DNA of 64,000 nucleotides from an uncultured Verrucomicrobiae bacterium (GTDB lineage: Bacteria; Verrucomicrobiota; Verrucomicrobiia; Limisphaerales; Palsa-1400). The notes beneath the pieces are model-generated. The model was not told the DNA's origin, ran no database searches, and saw only the letters and a list, made by a program, of their open reading frames with translations. Shown piece by piece: positions 31,184 through 41,295 of the stretch. The position numbers and the translations under genes are program-made. Numbering within the stretch: the first letter of the stretch is position 1; every line of letters begins with the position of its first letter. The stretch covers positions 160,001 to 224,000 of the forward strand of contig CAVPOM010000004.1 in the NCBI GenBank assembly GCA_963707025.1, given 5' to 3'.

Positions 31184-32967
31184 CCGGAATCACCCAATCC
31201 CGGGCAACGTCCCCGTCTGGCGCGGCCGGGCGCGCGCTCTGTGCCCGCCCTTTTTTTCTGGTCGTGCTGGCTTTTTTGATCGGCTTTGCGCCCTGGGCGT
31301 TCGCCGGCCGCGGCGCGCAGACGGGCACCAATTCAGACCGCCCCGCGACCCGCGCGGAAATCCTGCGGGGCGCTCTCACCCCTCTGCGCACTTGCTACGA
31401 CATCACCTCCTACCATCTGGACGTGAGGATTGATCCCGGCGCCAAATCCATCAAAGGCTCCAATCGCATCGGGTTCAAAGCGACGGAGGATTTTGACAAG
31501 CTGCAAGTGGACCTGTTCACTAATCTGGACATTGAAAAAATCGTCTTGGACGACGGAGCCGAGGCGAGCTTCACGCGCGAGTGGAACGCGGTCTTCGTCC
31601 AGCTTCCCGTCACGGCGCGAAAGGACAGCAGCCATGCGCTGACGGTTTATTATTCGGGGCGGCCGACGGTGGCGCGGCGGCCTCCGTGGGAGGGGGGATT
31701 CACCTGGACGAACGACGCGGCGGGCCATCCCTGGGTGGTGGTGACGTGCGAGGGCACCGGCGCCAGCCTGTGGTGGCCCAATAAAGACCATCCGACCGGC
31801 AAACCCGGCGACGTGACCATCAGCGTGACCGTTCCGCCCGGCCTGGAGGACGTTTCCAACGGCCGATTGCTGGCCCGGACGGCGCTGCCGGACGGCTGGA
31901 CCCGCTTTGACTGGCACGTCAGCTATCCGATCAACAATTACGATGTCACCGTGAACATTGGAAAATTTGCCCACTTCAGCGACCAGTATGCCAGCCGCGG
32001 ACAACCGCCCGTCACCCTGGATTATTACGTCATGCCGGAGAATCTGGAGAAGGCGAAAAAGACCTTCCAGCAAGTCAAGTTAATGATGGCGGCCTACGAG
32101 AAGTACTTCGGCCCGTATCCCTTTCCGCGGGACGGCTACAAGCTGATCGAAAGCCCGCACACCGGCATGGAGCATCAGAGCGCGGTGGCCTATGGCAACC
32201 ACTGGCTGGGCGGTTATCGCGGCGACGCCCCGTCGGCAGAGGGCCTGAAATTTGATTTCATCATCATTCACGAGAGCGCGCACGAATGGTGGGGAAACAA
32301 CCTCAGCGCCCGGGATGTCGCGGACATGTGGATTCACGAAAGTTTCGCGGCCTATGCGGAATCTCTTTTTGTGGAAAACCAGTACGGCCGGGCCGCCGCC
32401 CTCAAATACATCAACGGCAAGAAGCCCGGCGTGCGCAACGACCGCCCCATGATCGGCCCGTATGGCCTCAATCGCGAGGGTTCCGGCGACATGTACAACA
32501 AGGGCCAACTGGTGCTCAACACCTTGCGCGACGTGATTGATGACGACGCGCGCTGGATTGCCATCCTGCACGGCCTGCAGCAGACCTTCCGTTATCAAAC
32601 CGTCACCGCCGAGGACATTTTCGGCTACATCAGAAAAAATGCCGGAAAAGATCTGACCGGCTTCTTCGAGCAATATTTCCAGCACGCCGCCATTCCGAAA
32701 CTCATGGTCGAGACGCAAAAGAAAGGCAACGTGGTCACGGCCCGCTACCGCTGGCAGGCGGACGTGGCGGATTTTCGGATGCCCATCAAAGTGACCACCG
32801 CGCCGGGCAAATACCAATTCATCGTCCCCACCACCGAGTGGCAGACCAACACCCTGCACCGGATGGCGCCGGAAGATTTCAAGATTGCCGACGACCTGTT
32901 CTACGTTGACCTGAGCCTGCGCTGGTCCTATCACGACCCGCGCAAGACCCAGCGCGACGCCCGATAA
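31177..32967 (+). CDS. M1 family zinc aminopeptidase
   Basis: GMEHQS and HESAHEWWGN...WIHESFA (HExxH-x18-E). Confidence 0.92.
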   Translation: MVAGITQSRATSPSGAAGRALCARPFFLVVLAFLIGFAPWAFAGRGAQTGTNSDRPATRAEILRGALTPLRTCYDITSYHLDVRIDPGAKSIKGSNRIGFKATEDFDKLQVDLFTNLDIEKIVLDDGAEASFTREWNAVFVQLPVTARKDSSHALTVYYSGRPTVARRPPWEGGFTWTNDAAGHPWVVVTCEGTGASLWWPNKDHPTGKPGDVTISVTVPPGLEDVSNGRLLARTALPDGWTRFDWHVSYPINNYDVTVNIGKFAHFSDQYASRGQPPVTLDYYVMPENLEKAKKTFQQVKLMMAAYEKYFGPYPFPRDGYKLIESPHTGMEHQSAVAYGNHWLGGYRGDAPSAEGLKFDFIIIHESAHEWWGNNLSARDVADMWIHESFAAYAESLFVENQYGRAAALKYINGKKPGVRNDRPMIGPYGLNREGSGDMYNKGQLVLNTLRDVIDDDARWIAILHGLQQTFRYQTVTAEDIFGYIRKNAGKDLTGFFEQYFQHAAIPKLMVETQKKGNVVTARYRWQADVADFRMPIKVTTAPGKYQFIVPTTEWQTNTLHRMAPEDFKIADDLFYVDLSLRWSYHDPRKTQRDAR

Positions 32968-33097
32968 AAACCTGGTTCTTGATCTCGATTGGGTGTGCCG
33001 GGGTAAGGCAGGGCGGGCAGTCCCTTGCCCGCCGCTCGACTCCACCATCCCGTCTTGTGTTCTTGGGTTATTGGTGCAGTGTGAGGTGCATTTTAGC

Positions 33098-33187
33098 CGT
33101 TACACCGTTACACCTGTTGCACCACAAGCACTTACGCATTTTCGAGCCGTTACACTCGCCGTTACACCCCCGTTACATGCCGTTACA
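33098..33187. repeat. Six clustered copies of CGTTACA
   Basis: Copies start at 33098, 33106, 33148, 33160, 33171 and 33181. Confidence 0.85.
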
Positions 33188-33472
33188 TCTGCGGACGTGT
33201 TAAAACACCCATGCCTTGTACAGTATTATCGGTAAGGCGTGGCTGATGAAGGAACGCGGGCTTATTGAGTTTCACGATGATGCTGCCGTGCAATTTCTGC
33301 TTCGACACGATGGGACGGTTATTATTCGCCTGCCATATTATTAATTTGCTTTCGAGACCTCACCCCGGCCCTCTACTCGGTCGAGGCTGAGAGCGTAAAG
33401 CGGTCGGTTCCTAGCAGTGCCGCATTTATGGTTAACATGGGTGCCGGATGCTTCAAACCGGATTGGAACGTT

Positions 33473-33799
33473 CTAGCCTTGCTCCGACCTGAAGACACTC
33501 GCATTCCGAAGATGAATGCGGACAATAGCTTCAAGCTCGTCTGAGTCTATCTTCTCATTATTACCGATCTTGTCTAAAGGGAGATGAATCGGATCCATTA
33601 GATCACTAATCAGATCAGTGTGTTGGCTGGCATGAGGAGGTCCAGCATCCAAGAGCGCAGACATTTCTCGAAAGACAGTCTTTAAAACGAAAAAAGGCAG
33701 GACATAGGAACTGTCCTGCGCCAGGCCACTACAGCAAGCGACCAGACGATCCAGGTTCTCCTGGTAGAGGCCTTTCTTGAGCAGCTCACGCAGGGACAC
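33473..33799 (-). CDS. Hypothetical protein coupled to pyrE
   Basis: GTG start overlaps the pyrE 3' end; 108 aa; AT-richer than the backbone. Confidence 0.55.
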   Translation of the reverse strand: MSLRELLKKGLYQENLDRLVACCSGLAQDSSYVLPFFVLKTVFREMSALLDAGPPHASQHTDLISDLMDPIHLPLDKIGNNEKIDSDELEAIVRIHLRNASVFRSEQG

Positions 33800-34403
33800 A
33801 AGTTGCTGGCTTGGGCTGTTCGACACAATTCTCAACAAGTTCTTCCCGGTTAAAGGCAGCCACAACGCGATGGCCAGAATCCTCGATTTTCTCCCGGCCA
33901 CCCTCCTGGCGGTCAACGAGGACCGCGACGAAAGCAACTTTTCCACCTGCATCTTCAACTGCTTTTATCGCGGCGAGAGTGGAATCGCCGCGCGTAACAA
34001 CGTCATCAATGACCACCACCAAATCGCCGGATTTGAAATTGCCCTCGATCAGCTTTGCTTGTCCGTGGGCCTTTGGGGTCTTTCGCACGATAAATGTCTG
34101 AAGCGGCGGCGAGTCCTTCTCCCAAAAGGAATACATTCCGACAGCAAGGGCAATCGGATCAGCGCCCATGGTGAGGCCCCCGATCGCATTGATGTGAACG
34201 CCCCTGTCCGCGGCCTCCTTTTGAATCAACGAGTGCATGACCTGGCCAACGAGCCACGCGCCCTCCGGATCGAGCGTCGTCAGCTTGCAGTCAACGTAAT
34301 AAGAGCTTTTCGCGCCAGACGAAAGCACGAAGTCACCACGAGAAAAGGATTTCTCCCGCAGAAGAGACAGCAGCCTGGACTTGGCCTTTGCAATGGTTGG
34401 CAT
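33786..34403 (-). CDS. pyrE: Orotate phosphoribosyltransferase
   Basis: Motifs FVLSSGAKSSYYVD, GGLTMGADPI, VRKTPKAHG and VVIDDVVTRG. Confidence 0.88.
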   Translation of the reverse strand: MPTIAKAKSRLLSLLREKSFSRGDFVLSSGAKSSYYVDCKLTTLDPEGAWLVGQVMHSLIQKEAADRGVHINAIGGLTMGADPIALAVGMYSFWEKDSPPLQTFIVRKTPKAHGQAKLIEGNFKSGDLVVVIDDVVTRGDSTLAAIKAVEDAGGKVAFVAVLVDRQEGGREKIEDSGHRVVAAFNREELVENCVEQPKPATCVPA

Positions 34404-34505
34404 GTTTTGATTCTATCGGTGATTTAATGCGTTGGAATTAAAAGTTGTTCTTTCTTATGCACAGTTTATTCGCACAATTCCACCATTCTTGGTGGCATCT
34501 TTTCC

Positions 34506-34706
34506 TCAGCCCTTCTTATCATTACGGAGCGCGATTCTGATCTTCGACTTCGTTTCGTCTGTCACCGAGGAATCGCCGCCCTCCAAACGCGAAATGGTTC
34601 GGGCCGACACGCCTGCTCGCCTTGCCAATTCCTCTTTGCGCAAGCCCTTCTTGACGCGCTCATCACGCCATAAAATCTCAGAAATCATGCCTCTTTTTAA
34701 GGACAT
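34506..34706 (-). CDS. Small XRE/Cro-like HTH protein
   Basis: RVKKGLRKEELARRAGVSARTISRLEGG. Confidence 0.7.
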   Translation of the reverse strand: MSLKRGMISEILWRDERVKKGLRKEELARRAGVSARTISRLEGGDSSVTDETKSKIRIALRNDKKG

Positions 34707-34954
34707 GTTTGGACAAGTCAAGACAAAAAGCGAAAAAAAGCGACAAAATGTCATAAAACCGAACATGGCGGATAATTAGGTTCTGTCCGCTCCCCGGCCT
34801 TTCCACTCCGGGGCGGCCAGGGGACGGCCCGCCTTCAAGGAGAAGCCTGGCCGGAATGTGTTTGGCGGGACGCCAAACACGGCGTGCGAGACGCACGCGC
34901 TCCCCGAATCCGCCGTTGCCCGATGAGATCTACTGAAAACGTGGAGGAACCCAA

Positions 34955-35048
34955 AAATTTTGTATTCACAGGAGGCCAATTGAGGTTAGTTATGGGCTGC
35001 CATTAATACAAAGCGATGAATTTCAATCCAGACACGCGCGGCCCGCGG
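34955..35048 (+). repeat. ~94-bp direct repeat, copy 1 (upstream region plus first codons of the gene at 36277)
   Basis: Near-identical to 36215-36309: AAATTTTGTATTCACAGGAGGCCAA...ATGAATTTCAATCCAGACACGCGCGGCCC. Confidence 0.92.
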
Positions 35049-35088
35049 CCGCGAAACCGAAAGCGACGAAGAATAGAAATGGATTCCC

Positions 35089-35961
35089 ATGAGTGAAGAA
35101 TTGCCCATCCCCGCCACCACCAACACCTTCGAGCGGATCAAACGCGTCAACCCATCGGGCGCGGAATTCTGGTCCGCCCGCGAACTCGCCCGGGTGTCGA
35201 GTACACCGAGTTCCGCAACTTCGCCGCCGTCATCGCCAAAGCGCGCGAAGCCAGCGCGAAGAGCGGCCACACCGTCTCCGACCATTTCGTTGAATATCAC
35301 CGAAATGGTCGGCATCGGATCGGGAGCACAGCGGCCCATCGAAGATTGGGCACTCTCGCGCTACGCGTGCTATCTGGTGATCCAGAATGCCGACCCCAGC
35401 AAACCGCTTGTGGCGTTGGGGCAAAGTTATTTTGCGGTGCAAACGCGCCGCCAGGAATTGGCCGACGACCAAGCACTGAAGGAGGACAAAACGCGCCTGC
35501 TGCTGCGCGGTGAGATGAAGAAACACAACAAGAATCTGGCAGGCGCGGCCAGGCAGGCCGGCGTCGTCCAGCCGGTGGATTACGCCATCTTCATGGATCA
35601 CGGCTATCGCGGACTTTATGGCGGGCTGGGTATGCGAGACATCCACGAGCGCAAAAGGCTCCAGCCCAAGGAACACGTTCTTGACCACATGGGCAGCACG
35701 GAACTTGCGGCCAATCTTTTCCGCGCCACACAGACCGAGGAGAAGCTGCGCCGCGAGAATGTGCGCAGCAAAGACGCCGCCAATCGAATCCACAATGAAG
35801 TGGGGCGCAAAGTCCGCACGACGATCCACGAATTGGGCGGCACAATGCCGGAAAACCTGCCGGCGGCCGAAAGCATCAGGAAGGTGGAAAGCAGGGAGAA
35901 GAAACGGCTCAAGGCGGAGCAAAGGAAATCTCTGGACAATCCAGCGGACGCGGAAAACTGA
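35089..35961 (+). CDS. dinD: DNA-damage-inducible protein D; compensating -1/+1 frameshifts near 35197 and 35294
   Basis: Motifs EFWSAREL, LSRYACYLVIQNADPSK, GQSYFAVQTRRQE, GYRGLYGG and LDHMGSTELAANLFRATQTEEKL. Confidence 0.92.
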   Translation: MSEELPIPATTNTFERIKRVNPSGAEFWSARELARVSSTPSSATSPPSSPKRAKPARRAATPSPTISLNITEMVGIGSGAQRPIEDWALSRYACYLVIQNADPSKPLVALGQSYFAVQTRRQELADDQALKEDKTRLLLRGEMKKHNKNLAGAARQAGVVQPVDYAIFMDHGYRGLYGGLGMRDIHERKRLQPKEHVLDHMGSTELAANLFRATQTEEKLRRENVRSKDAANRIHNEVGRKVRTTIHELGGTMPENLPAAESIRKVESREKKRLKAEQRKSLDNPADAEN

Positions 35962-35971
35962 GCCATGCCGA

Positions 35972-36145
35972 ATGAGGACGGGCATTATCCACGAGCTTGT
36001 GATATTTGAGCCGGAATATCCCGCGCGCTTGCGCCAGAGACTGCAAGGACACGCCCCTCCATAATTGACGGCGCTCGGCAAGCTTGACCTGCTCGCCTTG
36101 CCAAAAACCGCGCTGCTCTGCTCCGTGCGATGCCCCGGCCATCCG
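35972..36145 (+). pseudogene. N-terminal remnant of a DprA/SMF-like protein with an internal stop
   Basis: YPARLRQRLQGHAPP*LTALGKLDLLALPKTALLCSVRCPG, truncated just before a REP-like repeat. Confidence 0.65.
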
Positions 36146-36214
36146 CGCCCCATTTCTCCCACGCGGGCGGCCAGGGGACTGCCCGCCCCACCCCCCAAGA
36201 CTGACGCATTGCCG

Positions 36215-36309
36215 AAATTTTGTATTCACAGGAGGCCAAATTGAGGTTAGTTATGGGCTGCCATAAATACAAAGCGATGAATTTCAATCCAGACACGCGC
36301 GGCCCACGG
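36215..36309 (+). repeat. ~94-bp direct repeat, copy 2
   Basis: Matches 34955-35048 with few differences. Confidence 0.92.
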
Positions 36310-38553
36310 GCGCGACGGGACGGGCGAAAATGGAGATGGGCGGTGACGCTGCCCGCCTGCTTGCTTTTCGCCCTGGCCGTGGCGCCGGCGCGAGGGCAGG
36401 GGAATCTCCTGAAGAATCCAGGCTTTGAGGAAACTCCGCGCGAGGGGGGCGCGCCCCCCGGCTGGGAGAGGACCGGCCCGGGCGCGGCGCGGATCACTGT
36501 GACGGACAAGGAAGCGCAGGCCGGCCGGCAGTGCGCCGCCGTCCCGGCCGGAAGCGCCGTCGGGCAGCGCATTGGAAACGCGGAGGCGGGAGCTTACGTG
36601 CTGCGATGCTGGGTCAAGTCCGAATCGGACCAGCCGGTGACACTCCTTCTTCAGGACCCCGACCGGCCCTGGGAGGCTTATGCGTGCGCGGAAGTGCCGG
36701 CCCCGAAGGAGCAATGGACCCAGCTCCAAGCCTTCTGTGTGTTGGACCAAAAGGGTTCGCTGACGGTCACGGTGGGTGGAACGTCCAAAGAGTTTAACCT
36801 TTATCACGGAGTGTCGGGACAAATGTCGTCCCCCATTCTGCTGGACACCTGCGAGTTGATCCGCTACCGGCCGACCGCCTCTGCCCCGGTGGCGGTGTGG
36901 GACACGAAAAAGGATTTGTCCGCCCTGCCGGATTGGTCCGCCAAGGGCAGGTGGACTTCGGTCAGCCGCCAGTCCTGGTCCTTCCGGGGCGCGCCTGTTT
37001 TTCAAGCCCGGCAGCTTGCCGGCACGGTTCGCAGCAGCGACGGGGGATTGGTGATTGGCGCCCTGGAGGGCCAGGCCCTGAAGACGCGCGCGGTGCTGGT
37101 TCCCTCGCCCGCTTTCACCGGGTGCAAATGCGCGCTGGTGCATGCCCGGCGACCGCACTGGCATTGAGGTGGCCTGCAAAGACGGAAAGCGCTCCTACAC
37201 CGCGTGGTTGACACCGCAAGGGCTGGTCCGCATCGGAGCCAGCCATGTGCCGGCGTTTCAGGCGCAGGGCTGCGCGTTGCGCTACGGCCTGCTGCCTTCG
37301 CTGGCGGGGTCGGATATCTGCTACGAGCCGCAGAAGCTGCTGGACAGCCAACGCATCAGCCTGCCCTCCACGCAGTGGTTCGTGGGATTGCGGGACGGCA
37401 ACGACAGCATGCTGGTGGCGGCGTGGGACACGGACTCGCAGGCCGTCTCGCTGGGGCTGGCCGGCGAAGGGGAAAACCGTATGTTTGACTCGCTTTCCAT
37501 CGCCACGGACAAGGCGGGATTCTCGATTTCGTTTGTGGAACACCCGGGGGTTTGGCACAAGGAACCGCTCCAGGAGGATTGGCTCAACCAGTACGTCCCG
37601 GTGGCCTGGCAGCCCCCGTTCCCGGCGCGCTGGATGGGGGAGTTCTTTGTCACCACAGGCCAGGCGGCCCTATTTCAACGATCCTGAGCATGCAGTATTC
37701 CTTTCCGTTTGCCAGCGCCAAGACGCGGATGTGGGGCGTCTGGCTGGAAGGTTGGAACCACTATCCGTTCTACTTCGACGGGGCGCGGACGATATTCCAT
37801 TTCGAGAAAGGCTTTGTGCCCAGAGGCGATGCGCTGGTTTATTTCCTGGAACCGGCGGCGGCGGACCTGTATTCGCCGTGCGAGATACTGGAGCAGGCCC
37901 TGGGCGGGGAAAAAGCCGCGGCGCTGCTGGATCCGGAGGCCAACGGGCTGCGGAAGCTGGCTTACTCGACGCCGGCGGAGTTTATGTATGACAGGCCGGT
38001 TTGCGCCACCACGACGCGTCTGACGGGCATCCGGCAGGACGAAAAGGCCACGGTGGGGATCAACCTGGCCACCCACATGTATGAGTTCATCCGGGAGATT
38101 CGCCTGCGGGTTGACCAGTACGCGGGCTTCTTCGACTGGATGCAGAGCTACCTGGCCGACGAAGACGTGGCCCATCCGGAATTGCACGCCTACGTGGCCG
38201 AACTGCAGGACCTGGTTTCCCAGGCCAAGGCCAGGGCCGCGGGAGTTTATGCGGAGCCTCTTTCCGCCGTGGAGGAGAAAACCGAGGGGATGAAGAAACT
38301 CCTGCTGGCGGGGCAGGGGGATGGTTTTAACTGCGGCACGCTGGATGTGCGCGACACCGCCGGCGAGCAGGACGACCTGTGCCGGCGTTACAACCGGCTG
38401 GCGCTCAGACTGGCGCAGACGGCGGCGTTGCAGTGCGGCGATTCCCCCGAAAAGGCCTTCATCGCCAAGCAGGTCTGGGAGCAAACGCGGCGGATCGTGC
38501 GCCAGCCGGTGCGCTGGGAAGCGCGCCGCACCCTGTATTTCTTCGAGCCGTAA
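36277..38553 (+). CDS. Large exported hypothetical protein with an N-terminal CBM-like domain; two frameshifts (~37145, ~37665)
   Basis: Signal-like segment, then NLLKNPGFEE; three consecutive overlapping ORFs. Confidence 0.65.
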
Positions 38554-38784
38554 CCCGCCGCAGAGGAACCTATGAGTCAACATCAAGCGGGCGGGGCGGC
38601 CGGGTCCTTTGCTGGGCAGGATGGCGCTATTGGACGCAGCTCCGCCGCAATGCGTCAGTCCTGGGTGGTGGGGCGGGTCCCGAATTATCGGCACCCGCTG
38701 CACGACGGTAGTGTGACGTTGCTTCCTCTGCCAGTGTCATGCGGCGGGCAGGGGACTGCCCGCCCTACCTTTCCCGGACAAGGC

Positions 38785-39657
38785 ATGACTGGCGCATTAC
38801 ACTCCACCGGCTCGCCTTGGCTCGCCGCCCTGGCCGCCCTGGCGCTGGTGATGATGAGCGCATGGGGGGGAACCGCCAAGGGGCCGGAACCTGTCGCCGG
38901 CCATGCGGATGACCATCTGGTCCAGACGGCGTGCGGGCTGGCCATGGTGGAGATAGCGGGGGGCCAATTCAGCATGGGCGCCAACGACGGCCCGGTGGAT
39001 GTCAAGCCGGCCCATCGCGTCAAGGTGGATGGCTTTCTCATGGACCAAACGCTGGTGACGCAGGAGGTTTTCCAGAAGCTGATGGGCATGAATCCGTCCC
39101 GCCGGAAGAACCCGCAGAACCCGGTGGAACAGGCCAGTTGGACGGCGGCGGCGAAGTTTTGCAACGCGCGCTCCCTCCAGGACGGGTTGACGCCGTGCTA
39201 CGATGTGAAAACCTGGCAATGCAATTTCGCCGCCAGCGGCTACCGCCTGCCCACCGAGGCGGAGTGGGAGTACGCCTGCCGGGCCGGGACCACCACGAAG
39301 TTTTATTTCGGCGACAACGAGGAAGAGCTCAAGTCTTATGGCTGGTTTCGAGGCAACTCGGAATCCAAAACCCATGTGGTCGCCAGGAAAAAGCCGAATC
39401 CCTGGGGTCTGTATGACATGGCGGGCAACCTCTGGGAATGGTGCAACGACTACTACGGCCCCAAGTATTATCAGGGCAGCCCGGCCGACAATCCGCGCGG
39501 CCCGGATCATGGCGAAAAGCGGGTGCTGCGGGGGGGCGCGTGGTCCAGCAGCGAGGAGGACTGCGCGTCCTGGGCGCGGGGCTGCGACGAGTCCGGCGCG
39601 ACCGACATATGTTTGACAATGGATTCCAACGGGTTCCGGTGCGTCCGCAGAAAATGA
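38785..39657 (+). CDS. FGE-sulfatase domain protein, copy 2 (start uncertain)
   Basis: Motifs YRLPTEAEWEYACRAG, PNPWGLYDMAGNLWEWC, RGGAW and GFRC. Confidence 0.88.
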   Translation: MTGALHSTGSPWLAALAALALVMMSAWGGTAKGPEPVAGHADDHLVQTACGLAMVEIAGGQFSMGANDGPVDVKPAHRVKVDGFLMDQTLVTQEVFQKLMGMNPSRRKNPQNPVEQASWTAAAKFCNARSLQDGLTPCYDVKTWQCNFAASGYRLPTEAEWEYACRAGTTTKFYFGDNEEELKSYGWFRGNSESKTHVVARKKPNPWGLYDMAGNLWEWCNDYYGPKYYQGSPADNPRGPDHGEKRVLRGGAWSSSEEDCASWARGCDESGATDICLTMDSNGFRCVRRK

Positions 39658-39692
39658 ATCCCGCCCCTTAGCCCTGCCGGGACCCCGCCACC

Positions 39693-41294
39693 ATGCTTTT
39701 CCACACCTGGCCGTTTTTTGTCTTCCTGCTCGTGGTGCTGCCGGTGTTTTTCGCGCTGCGCAAAACCCGGCTGTGGCTGCCGTGGCTGACGGCGGCGTCC
39801 TACTTTTTTTACGGCTGGTGGAATCCGTATTACCTGGTTCTGGTTTGGTATGCCACCGTGCTCGACTTTTCCCTGGTGGCCTTGATGGACCACTGCCCCC
39901 GGCAGGGACAGAAGGTGGATGTGATGGGGCGCCTGACGCGGCTGCGCTTTGACGACCGGGTTTTGAAATACGCCTTTCTCGGCTCGCTCGCCGCCGCCGT
40001 GGGCATGGCCGCCCTGGCGGCGGCCGGCCCGCGCACGCTGCGGCCGGCCCTGGCCGGGCTGGGTTTGATCGTGCTGCTGATGGGACTGGGGTCGCTTTAC
40101 AGCAGCCGGCGCATCTGGCTGGCCATTAGTCTTGTCAACAACCTGGCCCTGCTGTTTTTTTTCAAATACGCGCGCTTTGTGGTGGAGAACGCCAACGCCC
40201 TGCTGGCCTGGCTGCATATTCCGCTCCAGTTGTGGGAGCCGGCCGCGCTGATGCCCTTTGGTTTTCATTACCTGCTGCCGGTCGGCATTTCCTTTTACAC
40301 GTTTCAGTCGCTGAGTTACACCATTGACTTCTATCTGGGAAAGATGAACCGGGAACGGAACTTTCTGCGCTTTGCCACCTTTGTCTGTTTTTTCCCCCAG
40401 TTGATGGCCGGCCCGATCGAACGGGCCCGGCAACTGATCCCGCAACTGCGCCAGTTTCCGGCGATTTGCCTGCGGCAGTTCACCGATGGCGCCTCCCTGT
40501 TCCTGGTCGGTCTGTTCAAGAAACTGGCCCTGGCCAACTATCTGTCTGTTTACGTGGATCGGGTCTATGACAACCCGCAGGGGTTTGGCGCGCCCAGCCT
40601 GCTGCTGGCCACGGTCGCTTTCGCCTGGCAGATCTTCTTTGATTTCAGCGGTTACACGGACATGGCCCGGGGCGTGGCCAGGCTGATGGGGTTCAACTTG
40701 ATTTTGAACTTCAACAATCCGTACCTGGCGACCAGCCTGGGCGATTTCTGGACGCGCTGGCACATCAGCCTTTCCACCTGGTTCAGGGATTATGTGTACA
40801 TCCCGCTGGGAGGGAACCGGCAGGGGAAGTGGAAGACCTACCGCAATTTGTTCATTACCTTTTTTGTCGCCGGGGTGTGGCATGGGGCGGCCTGGACATT
40901 TGTTATCTGGGGCGCCCTGCACGGTGTGGGGGTGCTGGCCACCCGGGAGCTGGAGCGATCGGTCTTCTACCGCGAGCGCGTGCCCAAATTGCTCAAGCAG
41001 GCGGGCGTGTTCCTGTTTGTTTCTTTCACCTGGATTTTCTTCCGGGCCGATTCGTTGCCGGACGCCTTGCTCATCGTCCACCGGGTCTGCACCGCGGCGT
41101 GGCAGGACCCGGAGATTCCCGCCCTGATGGGCGCGCTGGTGCTGCTGGTCTGGCTGTATGAGTTCTCCTACGAATCCAGGGTGCGGGACTTTCTGCGAAC
41201 CGGCCTGGTCCGGGTCAGCCTGGCGGTTCTCATGGTGCTGTATCTGTGCCTCTGTTCGTCGCGGGGCGGCGCTTTCATTTATTTCCAATTCTGA
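39693..41294 (+). CDS. MBOAT family O-acyltransferase (AlgI/DltB-like)
   Basis: Motifs LPVGISFYTFQSLSY, FFPQLMAGPIER, DFSGYTDMA, FWTRWHISLS and GVWHGA. Confidence 0.93.
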   Translation: MLFHTWPFFVFLLVVLPVFFALRKTRLWLPWLTAASYFFYGWWNPYYLVLVWYATVLDFSLVALMDHCPRQGQKVDVMGRLTRLRFDDRVLKYAFLGSLAAAVGMAALAAAGPRTLRPALAGLGLIVLLMGLGSLYSSRRIWLAISLVNNLALLFFFKYARFVVENANALLAWLHIPLQLWEPAALMPFGFHYLLPVGISFYTFQSLSYTIDFYLGKMNRERNFLRFATFVCFFPQLMAGPIERARQLIPQLRQFPAICLRQFTDGASLFLVGLFKKLALANYLSVYVDRVYDNPQGFGAPSLLLATVAFAWQIFFDFSGYTDMARGVARLMGFNLILNFNNPYLATSLGDFWTRWHISLSTWFRDYVYIPLGGNRQGKWKTYRNLFITFFVAGVWHGAAWTFVIWGALHGVGVLATRELERSVFYRERVPKLLKQAGVFLFVSFTWIFFRADSLPDALLIVHRVCTAAWQDPEIPALMGALVLLVWLYEFSYESRVRDFLRTGLVRVSLAVLMVLYLCLCSSRGGAFIYFQF

Positions 41295-41295
41295 A

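Noticed and set aside
33098..33187. CRISPR array
   Set aside because: The repeat unit is 7 bp with irregular short spacing, and there are no cas genes.
20824..39657. Diversity-generating retroelement targeting the FGE (C-type lectin fold) genes
   Set aside because: No reverse transcriptase and no template repeat with adenine-specific differences was seen; the two genes look like ordinary diverged paralogs.
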